From positions 306,714,001 through 306,778,000 of the forward strand of contig OZ024740.1 of NCBI GenBank assembly GCA_964016885.1: a stretch of DNA of 64,000 bases. The letters run 5' to 3'. The position numbers and the translations under genes are program-made. The stretch is from Eledone cirrhosa (taxonomy: Eukaryota). Shown here in pieces: positions 13,343 through 26,990 of the stretch. The notes beneath the pieces were generated by a model. The model did not search any database, was not told the DNA's origin, and was given only the letters and a program-made list of their open reading frames with translations. The stretch's first letter is position 1, and the number at the start of each line of letters is the position of its first letter.

Positions 13343-13658
13343 TAGTAGAATACTGTTGGATTATATCCGTAGTAGTAGAGCACTCAGTCTATGGTAGGAG
13401 TTTGGTGGAAGTAGTTCGACAGCAGTTAATTCACCATTTTCGAGAATAATTGTTTCACCTAAGTCGGAGAGCTGTGTATATATAGAAATTTACCAAATTA
13501 TTCTTTAAACCACTACATTCCAGAAGATTGGGAATATCAGACATGTGTTTCTTTGTATGTGTTACATATCAGTCTAGGATCGCTAATATTTGACTCCTTC
13601 TATCAAATTAAATCGAATCCCACTCTTCTGCAATGTAGTGTTTTAAATAATAATTTTG

Positions 13659-13763
<105 letters not shown>

Positions 13764-14391
13764 ATATATATTTATATATATATGTGTATGTATATATATA
13801 TGTATATATATATATATGAGTGTGTGTTTATGTGTAGGAGTAATAAAATCATACCACGTATATTGTGTATGCAAACCTCAATCGAAGTTCATTCAAATTT
13901 TTATAAATTTTACTTCTCCCTTTCGATTTCTGAACACAAATCAATTTTAACGATTTGAAATTTTAAACCGAAAACAACTGCAAACATCAGCAGCAAACAA
14001 ACGAATGAACAATAAATAAAGAAACTAGTATTGACATTCTCTTGTCTGTTGTAATTCATAAATACAACGGACAGCATCAGAACAATATTAAAATGTGTCG
14101 AGAGAGGGAGGGAGAGAGTGATAGAGGGAGAGGAAGAGAGGGGGATGAGAGAGAGAGTGACTTGCTTCTACCGACCATATATCAAAGTAAAATATGTCAG
14201 ATGTCGTTAACATTTGCTTACTCCGGTCTTTTCATGTTTATGGAGATTTATATATATAAAGTACAAACCAAGCATCGATCATACCGGTGGCATCATATTC
14301 ATCAGGAGGGAAAGCTTTGTCTTTTTTAGAAAATGTCAAATGCAAGACTATACATTTCTCCCTCTCCCCAACTTCTTGTCTATCTATCTAC

Positions 14392-14492
<101 letters not shown>

Positions 14493-14630
14493 AAGGTTAA
14501 ACAAGGTTCAATGAATAAATCAAAGAATGAGTTTTACAATAGATTGGAAGCACTCAACAGAATGGTTTTCCGGGGTTATTAATATTAATTCAAAATATTA
14601 ACAAATGTCTATTTTTGTTAATATTTTGAA

Positions 14631-14666
<36 letters not shown>

Positions 14667-14759
14667 ATAGGTCTGTGGTTATGTGTCTCGGTATGCACAC
14701 TCATACGTGTCTGTATGTGTTTACATACCGACACACTTACTTATAGACACAGTGTTGTG

Positions 14760-14819
<60 letters not shown>

Positions 14820-14868
14820 AAATAAAGTTAAATAAAAGTCAAATGATTAAAATTTAGCTTCGTTTATT

Positions 14869-14923
14869 ACTGCTATATATATTTCAGTGACAGCCATCTT
14901 TGGCTGTGACCTCTTCAGGCAGT
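14869..14923 (-). ncRNA. Minimal type-I hammerhead ribozyme (mirror copy)
   Basis: Reverse complement of 15302-15356. Confidence 0.8.
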
Positions 14924-15301
14924 TTGAATTAGTATGGTATAGACAAGTACATATGTTGTTTAGGTGTATGATATTGTCAATACTCTGATATGCCCAGTTC
15001 CTTGTTGGGTTGTTAATTCACTGGGGAACTGGAGTCATATGAATTCAAACAAACGAATTTTCGTGTCACAGGTCCCCTTCTATAATAACAGGTCCCCTTC
15101 TATAATAACAGGTCCCCTTCTATAATAACTGACCAATGAGAGGAGAAGGGGACCTGTGACACGAAAATTCGTTTGTTTGAATTCATATGACTCCAGTTCC
15201 CCAGTGAATTAACAACCCAACAAGGAACTGGGCATATCAGAGTATTGACAATATCATACACCTAAACAACATATGTACTTGTCTATACCATACTAATTCA
15301 A

Positions 15302-15356
15302 ACTGCCTGAAGAGGTCACAGCCAAAGATGGCTGTCACTGAAATATATATAGCAGT
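15302..15356 (+). ncRNA. Minimal type-I hammerhead ribozyme
   Basis: ACTGC|CTGAAGA|GGTCACAGCC-AAAGAT-GGCTGTCACT|GAAA|T-ATAT-A|TA^GCAGT. Stem I ACTGC/GCAGT is perfect, stem III is palindromic, cleavage triplet AUA. Confidence 0.82.
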
Positions 15357-15405
15357 AATAAACGAAGCTAAATTTTAATCATTTGACTTTTATTTAACTT
15401 TATTT

Positions 15406-15493
<88 letters not shown>

Positions 15494-15586
15494 CACAACA
15501 CTGTGTCTATAAGTAAGTGTGTCGGTATGTAAACACATACAGACACGTATGAGTGTGCATACCGAGACACATAACCACAGGCCTAT

Positions 15587-15725
<139 letters not shown>

Positions 15726-15973
15726 GAGAGAGGGTGGAGTAGAATGTTTGAAGGAGTGTCATATGACAATAGAAAGCAGCACAATATTATGAAAATAGAG
15801 ATAGTTTATATTTACGTTGAAGAATCTCCTTAACACATGTCATTTAATGTTTCAGTTAAACTCTAGCAGGGAAAGTACTACTGGTGGAATAATCCAATAC
15901 AATCGTCGAGCTTAAAAATCATAAGATATATCCTGCCGGATCAGTTGGAGAGGGTTGCTTCTGACAGGACCCA

Positions 15974-16166
15974 AAGAAGAAGAAGAAGAAGAAGAAGAAG
16001 AAGAAGAAGAAGAAGAAGAAGAAGAAGAAGAAGAAGACGAAGAAGAAGAAGAAGAAGAAGAAGAAGAAGAAGAAGAAGAAGAAGACGAAGAAGAAGAAGA
16101 AGAAGAAGAAGAAGAAGAAGAAGAAGAAGAAGAAGAAGAAGAACAACAACAACAACAACAACAACA

Positions 16167-16201
<35 letters not shown>

Positions 16202-16228
16202 AACGACAACGACGACGACGACGACAAC
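15974..16228. repeat. Compound microsatellite (GAA)n-(CAA)n-(CGA)n
   Basis: Read directly. Confidence 0.95.
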
Positions 16229-16845
16229 TCTGTTGGATACAAAATTCTTGGGCCAATCCAGAAACACAAACACACGCACGCGCACACATGCATGCACACG
16301 CACGCACTGACACACGTACACAGACGCGTGCTCAGACAGACACTCTATTCATATATGTATTTATATTAAATTCTGTTATGACGGAACCTGGACATGTTCG
16401 ATAAGTTATAGTAATTGGGTTAAAATGGAGGGAAGCCAAAATAATAAAAGCAAGTAAGAAATAGGTAACGGGTTGGGGGTAAAAAGAAAGAGAAGGGATT
16501 GAGCAGAAAGGGTGAGAAAGAGAACAAATATTGAAGAGAAAGGTAGAAGGACTGGACGGGAGAAAGACGGGAGAAAATAGTGAGATGTTAATGTAGGGAA
16601 AGAGATGTAAAAGCGATGTTAAAAGATTGAGGAGAGAAATATTGGGGGGAAATTAAGGGAAAGAATCATATGGTTATACTCGCTAAAGGAAGGAGGTCTG
16701 ATAGAGTGTGTCATACGTCAGTTTCTACCTCACATTTCATATATGATCAGTATATATTAATATATAATTAGTACTATTGATTTCAAGGATGAGAAAATGT
16801 GGTAACTGGGGCATTAGTGGTTTCCTAAGAATGTAAAATGAAGAA

Positions 16846-17392
16846 CCGTATTTCCCGGTGTCGTAGATGCTATTCTTTTCCTAAATTATTTCGAAAATCT
16901 ACCATGTATCTTGGAGGCCGAAGTTGCGTTTATTATAGGTATATCCTAACTCCAGAGGAAAATGATCTATGCTAGACAGTAATCTGAACCCTCATATGAT
17001 TTTTCAATGAAGTGTATAAATTATACTTAGTTAAAGAAGTGAATAAACAAAAGAATCATTAAATTTTTTTAAAATATATATGCAATCACAAAAATTCATT
17101 CTCGTATGGGCAGAGTATAGTAGACAAGGTAAATGACGAGTGATATTTTTACGTATTGTGTATCAATATTGCTGGTATGTTCACTCTCTTCAAACAACCC
17201 GATTTTGAGGGAAAATTATGAAGTGACAGAAGAAGTAAAACTGTGATATGTTAAGAGGGTTTGCCAGCAACTATTAATAACAAGATTTATTTTATGTTTT
17301 TTTTTTTTCTTTTTTTGTTTTTTCAAATCTTTAGTTGTCAAAATTGGGGTGCGTCCTCGAGGTCGAAGCGTCTTCGACGACGAGAAATACAA
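16846..17392. mobile_element. Non-autonomous Tc1/mariner (pogo/Tigger-like) element
   Basis: Imperfect TIRs CCGTATTTCCCGGTGTCGTAGATGC / GCGTCTTCGACGACGAGAAATACAA, followed by TA. Confidence 0.7.
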
Positions 17393-18783
17393 TAATTCTT
17401 CCTTTTTTTAAATTTAAATTAGCTTAGCCAGAGAAGGAGTGAAAATGGCCATTGCCTTTGCAATTTTTCCAAACTGATGAGATTGATATATCTAGTGTTC
17501 AGCATAGTCAATATCGGTAGAAGAAAAAAATATTTGTTAGAAACTAGAGGCTTGGTTTGAATGTTTGTGCAGATATTGTTGCATGATTAACAAATCTCCT
17601 ATATAGCTACATAGTTTCGGTTTCGGTATTTAAGGCAGACGTCTTCTACAATAGCCAGGTAAACGGAAACTGCGCGGAAGCCCGTTAGAAGAACAGTTTC
17701 TGTTCTTGAGTGTTAGGTTTCACCTTCTGATACCTTTAGCAGAGTCCATTGTGCTGCAAGCATTCAGAACAGGTCTCCGGTTTGAGGATAATTTTTTTCC
17801 TCTTACCAGTCTTTGAGGGCTTGAAAAGTCAAGGAAGCTGCTCTTCTTCCTTTGATTAAGGCTATAAAAAAGAAAACAAGACGAAACTAAACACTGCTTG
17901 AGACGGCTACGAGCCAGATTATGATAATAAACCAAACAGACTACATACTAACTAATTTCCCGCAAAATGTTTTCGGCTGAGCTCTTATTCAGAGAAAAGA
18001 ATAAAATAGTTTACAATATCTTTGAATATGTTTCCCAGAAGAAGAATTTACGTCTTTTCAGCATACAAACTTTTTTCAATTTGTGAATTTGTTCATTACT
18101 GAATTTTGCCGGGACAAACAATCGCTAGTTTTCTCAAACCAAAGATCTTAACCCTACACGATAGCTCAATCTGCTAGGATTAGCAATCAAATTTCGCTTA
18201 GATCACACTTTATTGACTTAAAAAGTGAGGGAACACATTGGACGGAGTAATATTTGATACATAAAAAGACAGGATGGTCATTTGTAACAGCTTTAGTTGT
18301 ACCTTTGCTGGATCAGGGTTGACCTAGGGCGACTAAATTACCAACAATCAGCCAGTTGTTTGCTCCGAGTCTGGTTTATATTTGCTGTCCTAACTTCGAA
18401 GGGAAACAGCATTGTGAGATCGACTTACGATGTCTTAACACAATACGTAAAGGTATTCACCGCACTACCATATAAAGAACTACGACAGAGACTGAAAGAG
18501 GTGGAAAGAAAGACAGAGAAAGGAGTCGAGAAAGAGCTGGGGTAGAAAGACAGAGAGAGGTGAGGAGAGAAAGAGAGAGAATAATGAATTTAGAGGAAGG
18601 AGTATGTTGATTCAAGAAATAGGAGGAGAAATAGATTGGAAGCACGCTGACTGGTTATTACAGCATACGACTGTGATAAAGCACGTACCTCATTTATAAA
18701 TTGTTTACCTCCACTTTCCCTGTCACATCAATATATTCCGCCACCATTCTCTAGACAAATTCACACACACACACACACACACA

Positions 18784-18842
<59 letters not shown>

Positions 18843-20026
18843 GCAAAGTTGTGCACGAAAAAACAACGAAACACATTGCTCAACTTGCAATAGAATTTCG
18901 GAGATATGAGTGAGATTACATAATATTGAGTACAGGCTGTACGGCGGCTTATATAAACCACTGGAAAGATGCATGTGACATAATGCATCGCAGAGACAGG
19001 CGAAAATAACGGAGTGTCTTACGATTAGAACAATAAGGAGAGTACATAAACAAATAAGTCTTACGATACAATGCTGGCAAATAGTATAGATAGTAACGCA
19101 GGGAGGGGGGAAATATGAATAGATTTTCGTAAAAAAAGAGTAAGAGAGAGAGAGGGGTGAGGGAAGAATACATATATACTTATGTGATGAATATTTTTAT
19201 AAAGGTAGTGAAAACACTTTTAAAACATATGGTTGAACAGGGATACAAGGAAACATTTCTGGTACAGCGTTTTCGCCGGTGCCTTGGCGCTAAAAGAGAA
19301 ATTCTGTGAAGATTTGGGGTTATTTTTTGTTTGCAGATGAAAGGCATAGGAATTTAAAACTAACTTACTTGCAGTAAGGAAATAGAAGTTTAGCGTATTT
19401 AAAAGAGATTCTAAGAAAATTTTGGAGGGTTAGCTTCAGTTTGCTTTGGATAGCGTATAGCTTAGAATATAATATAACATAATCTTAATTTTATTTATTT
19501 GCTTTGAGATCTAAGAAATTTTGTATATTTGCCTTGAAGTAGTAATTTTTAAAAAAGAAATGGGTGTGTAATTTTACATTGAAACTGTAGAAATTTAACC
19601 TATTTGCGCTGAAGTGGTTATTAAAGGGAGACGTCTACTACCCTCTGATCTGACCTATATGGGGGAAATTTAGATTTGTTTAGAGGTAACATTTTTAAAA
19701 GGTTTTTGTTCATCTTTTAGTTTGACCGATAATTGACCGAAGTGCCAAAGCTAGTGATTCTTTCTGTTTTTTACTCTCTTTGTATTGGCCTTCAATTAAG
19801 TCAAACTCACAAGGCACTGATTTCATTACTGCACTAAGGGTTAAAGGATGGTCAGATTCTTAGGGACAGTCAAGGTAGGTAAGTCATGATTAATTAGTTT
19901 TGCAAATCTCTGATTGCCTGGTTGATCTTATTTGTACATGTAGATTTGTGTATATTTAATATTTAAGATTTAATCTTAATTATGTTTTGTATTTCGTGTG
20001 TATATATTATATTTATTTCTCTATAA

Positions 20027-20131
20027 ATAATTGTTTCTACTTTTGGCACAAGGCCAGCAATTACCCAGTGTATTACTGGTACTTTATTTTATCAACCCCA
20101 TAAGGATGAAAGGCAAAGTTAACCTCGGCAG
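20027..20131 (-). mobile_element. SINE family A fragment
   Basis: Reverse complement of the 13028-13147 copy. Confidence 0.85.
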
Positions 20132-20641
20132 GTCGCCTTTTGTTATCGTATTTTCTGATATTATATTTATATTTTTCGTCTTGGATTAATTTCGCTTATT
20201 TCTTAAATGGCTTGGGTATTTTCTTGATTATCATTATTTTTTTTTTTTTTTGTTTTTATGTTGTGTTGTGAGAACTAGACTTTCTGAGGCGCAGCATCAC
20301 GTCATCTAAAGTTGAGAGACCACAGGAGGAGGTGGAGCATGGACTCTTACGTAATGGGATCGTAGTTGCTGCAGATAATAATAGCCTTTGCTTTATTATA
20401 TAGAAACACGTGGTATGACAGATGCAGCTTGATAACGTCTGTCTTCCTCATTGGATGGCTAATAAGGTCAAGTTGCGTAAGCCGAGTTTGGGAGGATGGG
20501 TGGTCCGCGTTTGATTCGCCAAATTTGAAGATTGAGTACGGTTTGTTTGGCACAAATCATTGGTATAGGCTGGCGTTCGATTTAGGGTGTTTACTGAGAG
20601 TTAGTAGTCTGATTGGAGCAGTAACGGTCTTATTTACATGA

Positions 20642-20687
<46 letters not shown>

Positions 20688-20692
20688 TAAGA

Positions 20693-21290
20693 GTTAAAAC
20701 GATCAAATTTTATAGTTTAGAACATTTATTAGATGACAATTGTTTCTTCCAGAAGGATGTCTGGAATCATCGGAGCATAAGGAATGTCGAAAACGTGTAA
20801 CTAGAATCCTAGTCATTTAGAACATTTATAACTTCTTTCCCTATGTTCTTTCCCTGTGTTTTTTTTTGCTTGTGGTTTTTTTTTTTGCTTGTGATTTTTG
20901 TTTTTTTTTGCTTGTGGTTTTTACTTTTACTTATACCTATTACACTTCCAGCCAATGCTGCCTGTAATTGTGTTATTTCAAGCGGAACATCTTTTTAACT
21001 CCTGAAACTCCACATGATGCCTTTGACACTAATAACAACTATGCACCCTAAATGTTCTAAATGACTAAGATTCTAGTTACACGTTTTCGACATTCCTTAT
21101 GCTCCGATGATTCCAGACTTCCCTCTGGCAGAAACAATTGTCAGCTAATAAATGTTCTAAACTAAAATTTGATCGTTTTAACACTTTGTATCTCGGCTCG
21201 GTAAAACACTTGAAAATTTGCATTGAGTCTTTTGTCATACCGGTAACCGGCTAGTACTTAGTACTACCCTACATATTTATAGTTATATCA
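20693..21290. mobile_element. (TA)n-bounded fold-back element (arms ~20693-20828 and ~21048-21182) with a hammerhead-like motif in each arm
   Basis: + copy 21101-21145 GCT|CCGATGA|TTCCAGA-CTTCCC-TCTGGCA|GAAA|CAATTG|TC^AGC. The - copy at 20732-20776 has a perfect 7-bp stem II. The core reads CCGATGA rather than CTGATGA. Confidence 0.75.
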
Positions 21291-21319
21291 AACATATATA
21301 AATATAAATATAAATATTA

Positions 21320-21340
21320 CTATATATATATATATATATA

Positions 21341-21429
<89 letters not shown>

Positions 21430-21474
21430 ATGTGTGTGTATATATATATATATATGTGTGTGTGTGTATGTGTG

Positions 21475-21549
<75 letters not shown>

Positions 21550-21619
21550 GTATATATATATATGTATATATGAATATATATATATGTATATATATATATG
21601 TATATATATGTATATATGA

Positions 21620-21710
<91 letters not shown>

Positions 21711-21795
21711 TATGTATACGTACATACATATATGTATACAGACGCACAGTAGTATGTATATATATATACATACATGCACACATATATATATATGT
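21320..21795. repeat. Interrupted (TA)n/(TG)n microsatellite
   Basis: Read directly. Confidence 0.95.
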
Positions 21796-21915
21796 ACGTA
21801 TGGATTTACCGAACATTTATTATAATGCTCAGTTTGTTTGTAAACAAACATCCCGGATTAAGCCGTACAGTGTTTAGCAACCATCGTTGCCCTTTTGTTC
21901 AACACTGACAAAGGA

Positions 21916-21957
21916 ACGATGTACTAGTTTCAAGCTATTAGCTATCGTCAGCACCGT
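21916..21957 (-). ncRNA. Minimal type-I hammerhead ribozyme
   Basis: Minus strand ACGGTG|CTGACGA|TAGCT-AAT-AGCTT|GAAA|CTAG|TA^CATCGT. 6-bp stem I with one G-U, palindromic ACTAGT stem III, U-U mismatch at the base of stem II. Confidence 0.78.
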
Positions 21958-22144
21958 ATACCTTCCTGCCAGATGTTCAATCAGGAAGAAATTAGAGAAA
22001 TCGTCAATACTCATCTTTTTCCATTTCTCCGAGGGTTCTTAACCCCACTATCAGGCTAAATAATTTCTCTAATTTCTTTAGTCAAAATACGGCGATAGCT
22101 TACATTTATAATAATTTCAAACTCGCTCGCTGATTCGAAAATAT

Positions 22145-22227
<83 letters not shown>

Positions 22228-22454
22228 GGTGTAGTAAATTTCGTAAAAAAGGAAGCACTCAATCCGAGGGACGAGTTGTAATATACAAAATTAGGTTAAA
22301 TTCGCAACATTTTCATTTATCAAATAGGCGCGTTTTGCTGTGGAGTTGGTCCGACAGACGAACTGTGGGTATAATTGAGGATTCAAGTATATTTACATAG
22401 AAATCCTTCAAAGTTAACTGATAAATAGAATTACTAGGCACTGTACACATATTA

Positions 22455-23320
22455 CACTGGCCAACACCAATTTATTCTCGAAGTTTTTTTTATCTGATTT
22501 AGGACAATTTTGATGTGCTGAATTCGAAAATCACATTGGTTTTGCTCAATGAGGTCAACTTTTTTATGTATCGCTACATAATGTTTTTTTTTAATGTTTT
22601 TGTTTACATGTACGAGTATTTTCTATTTATATGGTGCAAAATGTTTTCTTATTTCTTTAAATAAACGAATTTTGAAGAGTTTACATGCGCCAATTTTTGA
22701 CTAACTGGTACTTTTCTTTTGCAGGTGAATGAAATGGATTCTGCCAGATCTTGCAAAAATAAGCCCGATGTATTCTGCTACATCTGCGGCGAATACACCG
22801 TTGTTCCTAACAGGAATCGAGTCACAAGTTTCATAAAGCGTGTTTACCATGCTTATTTTGGTATGAAACTTGGTGACCAGGATAAAGCTTGAGCGCCACT
22901 CATGGTATGCAAGACATGCACCGAGTATCTACGTAGTTGGAACAAGGACAAGAAGAGTTGTGTGAAGTTTGGAATTCCCATGGTTCGAAGGGAGCAGACA
23001 AACCATGGCACTGGCTGTTACTTCTGCGCTATTGATTTGACTAGGATCAACAGAAAGAACCGGAGCAGCTTCAAGTATCCTGATCTTGAATCAGCACGTC
23101 GTCCTTTAGCTTATTGTGATGAAATTCCAGTACCTGCCTTTGGACAACCTCCTGACATTAGTGACGAAGATTCCTCTAGTATTGAAGAAAATTATGAAAA
23201 AGAAGTGGTTCTTGATGATGATGCTCCACATTCTTTTTCCCAAATAGAGCTAAATTATCTAGTTCGCGATCTCAGCTTGTCAAAGTCCTCTGTCGAACTG
23301 TTGGCATCCAGATTGATTGG
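22455..23320 (+). mobile_element. Chapaev3-like (CMC superfamily) DNA transposon, 5' part
   Basis: Terminus TTA|CACTGGCCAACA. Branch point CTAAC, pyrimidine tract and CAG acceptor at 22724, just upstream of the transposase ATG. Confidence 0.7.
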
Positions 23321-23333
23321 CATCATACAATAG
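22734..23333 (+). pseudogene. Transposase N-terminal Cys-rich region, Chapaev3-like, with an in-frame TGA at 22890 and a 3' truncation
   Basis: MDSARSCKNKPDVFCYICGEY...YFGMKLGDQDKA*APLMVCKTC...FGIPMVRREQTNH..CYFC...YPDLESARRP. ATG 22734 is in frame with the ORF at 22902. Confidence 0.82.
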
Positions 23334-23592
23334 AAATAAGAACACAAAAAAAACAAAACTGTAATAAAAGAAAAAAAAAGGAAAATATTGAGTAAAAAGA
23401 GAGAAAAAAAAAGAGAAAAAACGAGAAGGGGAGGGGGTGGCAAGAACTCTAGTGTCGCAGAAGAGAAGGGAGAGATGAAGGGGGAGTATGATTGGGTTTT
23501 AGGCCTAGGGCACGGAGACAGAAGGGCTGCGCCCCACGGACAAGACCGCAAAAGCATTCCCGCGGACAATGGCCAGCGACACCCGCTGCAAA
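23330..23592 (-). mobile_element. CRE-clade non-LTR retrotransposon 3' fragment
   Basis: Homologous to ~34400-34570 (GCATTCCCGCGGACAATGGCCAGCGACACCCGCTGCAA encodes LQRVSLAIVRGN on the minus strand). Confidence 0.65.
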
Positions 23593-23734
23593 CTCCACAA
23601 ACTAAGTACCTGTTATGTTTATTGCATATCGAAGTTTTCTTACCATTTTAGAGTGCAAAGAGCTAAACTAACCACTACAACTAAATTGTCAAATTCGCCC
23701 TCTTTTCTATTCAGAAATACTTCCATCGCTCCTG

Positions 23735-23950
23735 TATATATAAATCAGACAGAGGAGGTCTTGCAAAACCTGATTAGTGATTTCGATGCTGCTTGTGATT
23801 TGTTCGGTCTTGTAATTAATCTGAAAAAGACTGTTGCAATGCATCAACTTGCTCCTGGGGAGCAGAGAACTGCACCTCGAATCCCTGTTGAGGGCACAGT
23901 GCTAAAGACGATGGCTTCTTTTGAATACCTTGGTAGTATGATACAAGCCG
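23735..23950 (+). pseudogene. RTE-clade reverse transcriptase fragment
   Basis: LQNLISDFDAACDLFGLVINLKKT...FEYLGS, the region after the YADD motif. Confidence 0.8.
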
Positions 23951-24377
23951 ATGCCAAATATTACATATTGGGATGTTCTGCTTTAAGCATATAAAATACA
24001 AACAAAATGTAAGCGAATGAAACTGAGAGGAAATGAAAACGAAAGGTCCCTGCTTTTTCGTTGTAAATCTTCACTTTGGGGATTTTCTTTAATCGATAAA
24101 ATGGAAGAATTAATTTTGAAAAGACTTGCAAGTTTCATTCAATTATATTTCACTGAGTTTTTCTCCTTTCATTTTAATTCACTTTTATTTCATTGTCTGC
24201 CATTTTATATACCCAAAGCGAAATATCGTTTTGCACAAGCCTTTTATGCTAGTCCATAAAAGACAAGACGGCGAAAAGATACTGATAGACGAATAAAGCC
24301 CAGCTATTCGTGCGCATGCGCTCTTTTGTATTTTTCTTTAACATTCAAATCCCGTGGCTGCTTTCTCTTCAGTGCTG

Positions 24378-24476
24378 CTCTGCTGCTGCTACTACTACTA
24401 CAACAACAACAACAACTACTACTACTACTACTATTACTACTACTACTACTACTACAACCACCACCATTACCACAAT

Positions 24477-24561
<85 letters not shown>

Positions 24562-24946
24562 GCTGCCACTGCTACTGCTGCTGCTGCTGATGCTACTGCT
24601 ACTACTGCTACTACTACTACTACTACTACTACTACCACTACTGCTACTACTACTGCTACTATTACTACTACTACTGCTACTACTACTACTACTACTACTA
24701 CTACTGTTGCTGCTGCCACTGCTACTGCTGCTGCTGCTGCTGCTGCTACTACTACTACTGCTACTACTACTACCACTACCACTACTGCTACTACTACTAC
24801 TACTACTACCACTACTACTACTACTGCTACTACTACTGCTACTATTACTACTACTACTGCTACTACTACTACTACTACTACTACTGTTGCTGCTGCCACT
24901 GCTACTGCTGCTGCTGCTGCTGCTACTACTACTACTGCTACTACTA

Positions 24947-24986
<40 letters not shown>

Positions 24987-25412
24987 AACTACAACCTACC
25001 TAACTAACCCCTCATTCAATCACCAATAACAAATACCGCTCCAATATCCCACCATGAGATCTCCGATCACTAATACTACAACCACCACTGTAAATTACCA
25101 CTAATAACCTAGCCCTAACACTGTGGTCACCACTAACACTACTACCACCACCTCAACCACCACCAGCATCATCACTACAAACCTCCACCACCATTACCGC
25201 CACCGTCACCACAGCCCTTCACCATTGCCAATACAACCACCACCACCACCATTCTTCACCACAAGCCATTACTACTACTATTACTACTACTACTACTACC
25301 AACACCACCACCACAACCATCACCACTATTCTTCACCACAAGCCCTTACTACTACTACTACTACCACCACCACTGCTACCACTACTACCACCACCACCAA
25401 CAACAACAACAA

Positions 25413-25450
<38 letters not shown>

Positions 25451-25510
25451 TCACCACCACTTTCCCACCCACCATCAAAACTACCACTACCGTCACCACA
25501 ATCATCGGCA
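24378..25510. repeat. (ACT)n/(GCT)n/(ACC)n trinucleotide low-complexity tract with an internal ~180-bp duplication
   Basis: Read directly. ACTGTTGCTGCTGCCACT occurs at ~24703 and ~24883. Confidence 0.9.
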
Positions 25511-26009
25511 CCAGTGCACCAAAAGGGATATGCTAGTCGGTTGCACATATTGCTAGAAAAAGCAGCCAGCTCTTTTCCTTCAAATCATACCCTATCATCG
25601 GTTTTTTTTGTTTTTTTTTAAACAAGGAAGGACAAATTGTACAATGTAGCCCTAGATATATGATGTCAGAATGAAAAATTAGACGGGATGATCATGGCTG
25701 AAACGCCGTTAATCATAGGTCAATTCAATCAATGGTGATTTGGGTCTAAGCTACAACACTATATAACTAGTCTCCACCATCGTTACCACCACCAATACCA
25801 GCACCACCAACGTCATCAGCAGCATCATTATCAGTGCAACAGACTACGTGACTATGAAATGACGCTGAAGTACGGTGTTCTCATCTAGCTGTCAGCACTC
25901 GCTTAACTCTTAACTCTCTTTCACTTTTACCCTCATCTCGGCAATTATACTCTTTCTACTTTCAACATGGCGATTTCTTCCAAATCTACTTTGCTTTCTT
26001 TTTCTCTTT

Positions 26010-26113
<104 letters not shown>

Positions 26114-26519
26114 TGCTTTGCTTTCTTTCACTTTCACCCTACTTATTTTTCCTTTGCCTTTCTACCTCCATTTCTTTCTTTCTGGTCATTCATTCATTCA
26201 TTCATTCATTCATTCATTCTTTGTTTCTTTCTTTCCTCTGTTCTTAAGACTCCAGTAAGATAAAATAGGATTTTCTTAAGGACACACAATCACAGCTGAA
26301 AGTAGAGTAATAAATACTCTCTCCATCTGTCCCCTCCCCCTCTCTCTCTCACCACTCTCCTTTCCCTTCTCTCCTTCCTCTCTAACCTTCTTTCTTACAT
26401 TCCTTCATACTCTGTCTGTCCTTTCTTCCATTTCCTCTGGCTTTCTCTATCACTCACATACAGACACACATACACTAACTCAAATGCACATACTCACACA
26501 CATATATAGGTGCAGACAT

Positions 26520-26650
26520 AACTGTGGGTTTGAGAAGTTTCCTTCGCAACCACGTGGTTCTGGGTTTGATCCCACTACGCAGAAACTTGGGCACATGTTT
26601 TCTACCATAATCTTGGGTTCACCAATAATTTGTGAGTGGAATTTGTTAGG
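26520..26650 (+). mobile_element. tRNA/CORE-type SINE family C (other copies at ~42510-42630 and ~60672-60780)
   Basis: Shared CAACCACRTGGTT...CTTGGGCA...CTAYCATA/CTATAACC among the three copies. Confidence 0.7.
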
Positions 26651-26704
26651 CTCAAAACGTATATCAACGAAAGAAGTAAATTGTAGAAAACTCTATGTAT
26701 CGGT

Positions 26705-26990
26705 TCGCCTGATAAACAGAAAGCAATGGGTGTCCCTTAATCGGATCCGTACAACACATGTCAGGACAGCCCATCATCTCTATCGATGGAAAATGAAAAT
26801 GAAAGACAGCCCAGCATATGACTGTGGGGAGCCTGGCCAGACAGTATTGTATGTTGTTCGGGATTACCCTCTCAGATGTTTTCCCAGTTGCCTTGAATCA
26901 ATCTATAATGCTGCAAATGGCGCCTTGGTCTGGCTCGCTGGTCTCGACCTGCCTCTTAGCTACTGTGCATATGTCATACGACAAGAAGAA
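26705..26990 (+). pseudogene. I-group (Ingi/Vingi-like) LINE C-terminal fragment with a degenerate zinc knuckle
   Basis: WVSLNRIRTTHVR...WKMK..DSPAYDCGEPGQTV..VVRDYP...ALVWL. Clade assignment from recall. Confidence 0.6.

Noticed and set aside
15912-16404. Poly-E/R/S/F ORFs
   Set aside because: Translations of the (GAA)n(CAA)n(CGA)n microsatellite.
24310-25536. Thr/Ala-rich mucin- or antifreeze-like ORFs
   Set aside because: Simple (ACT)/(GCT) trinucleotide expansion with no convincing exon boundaries or domain. Cannot be supported as coding.
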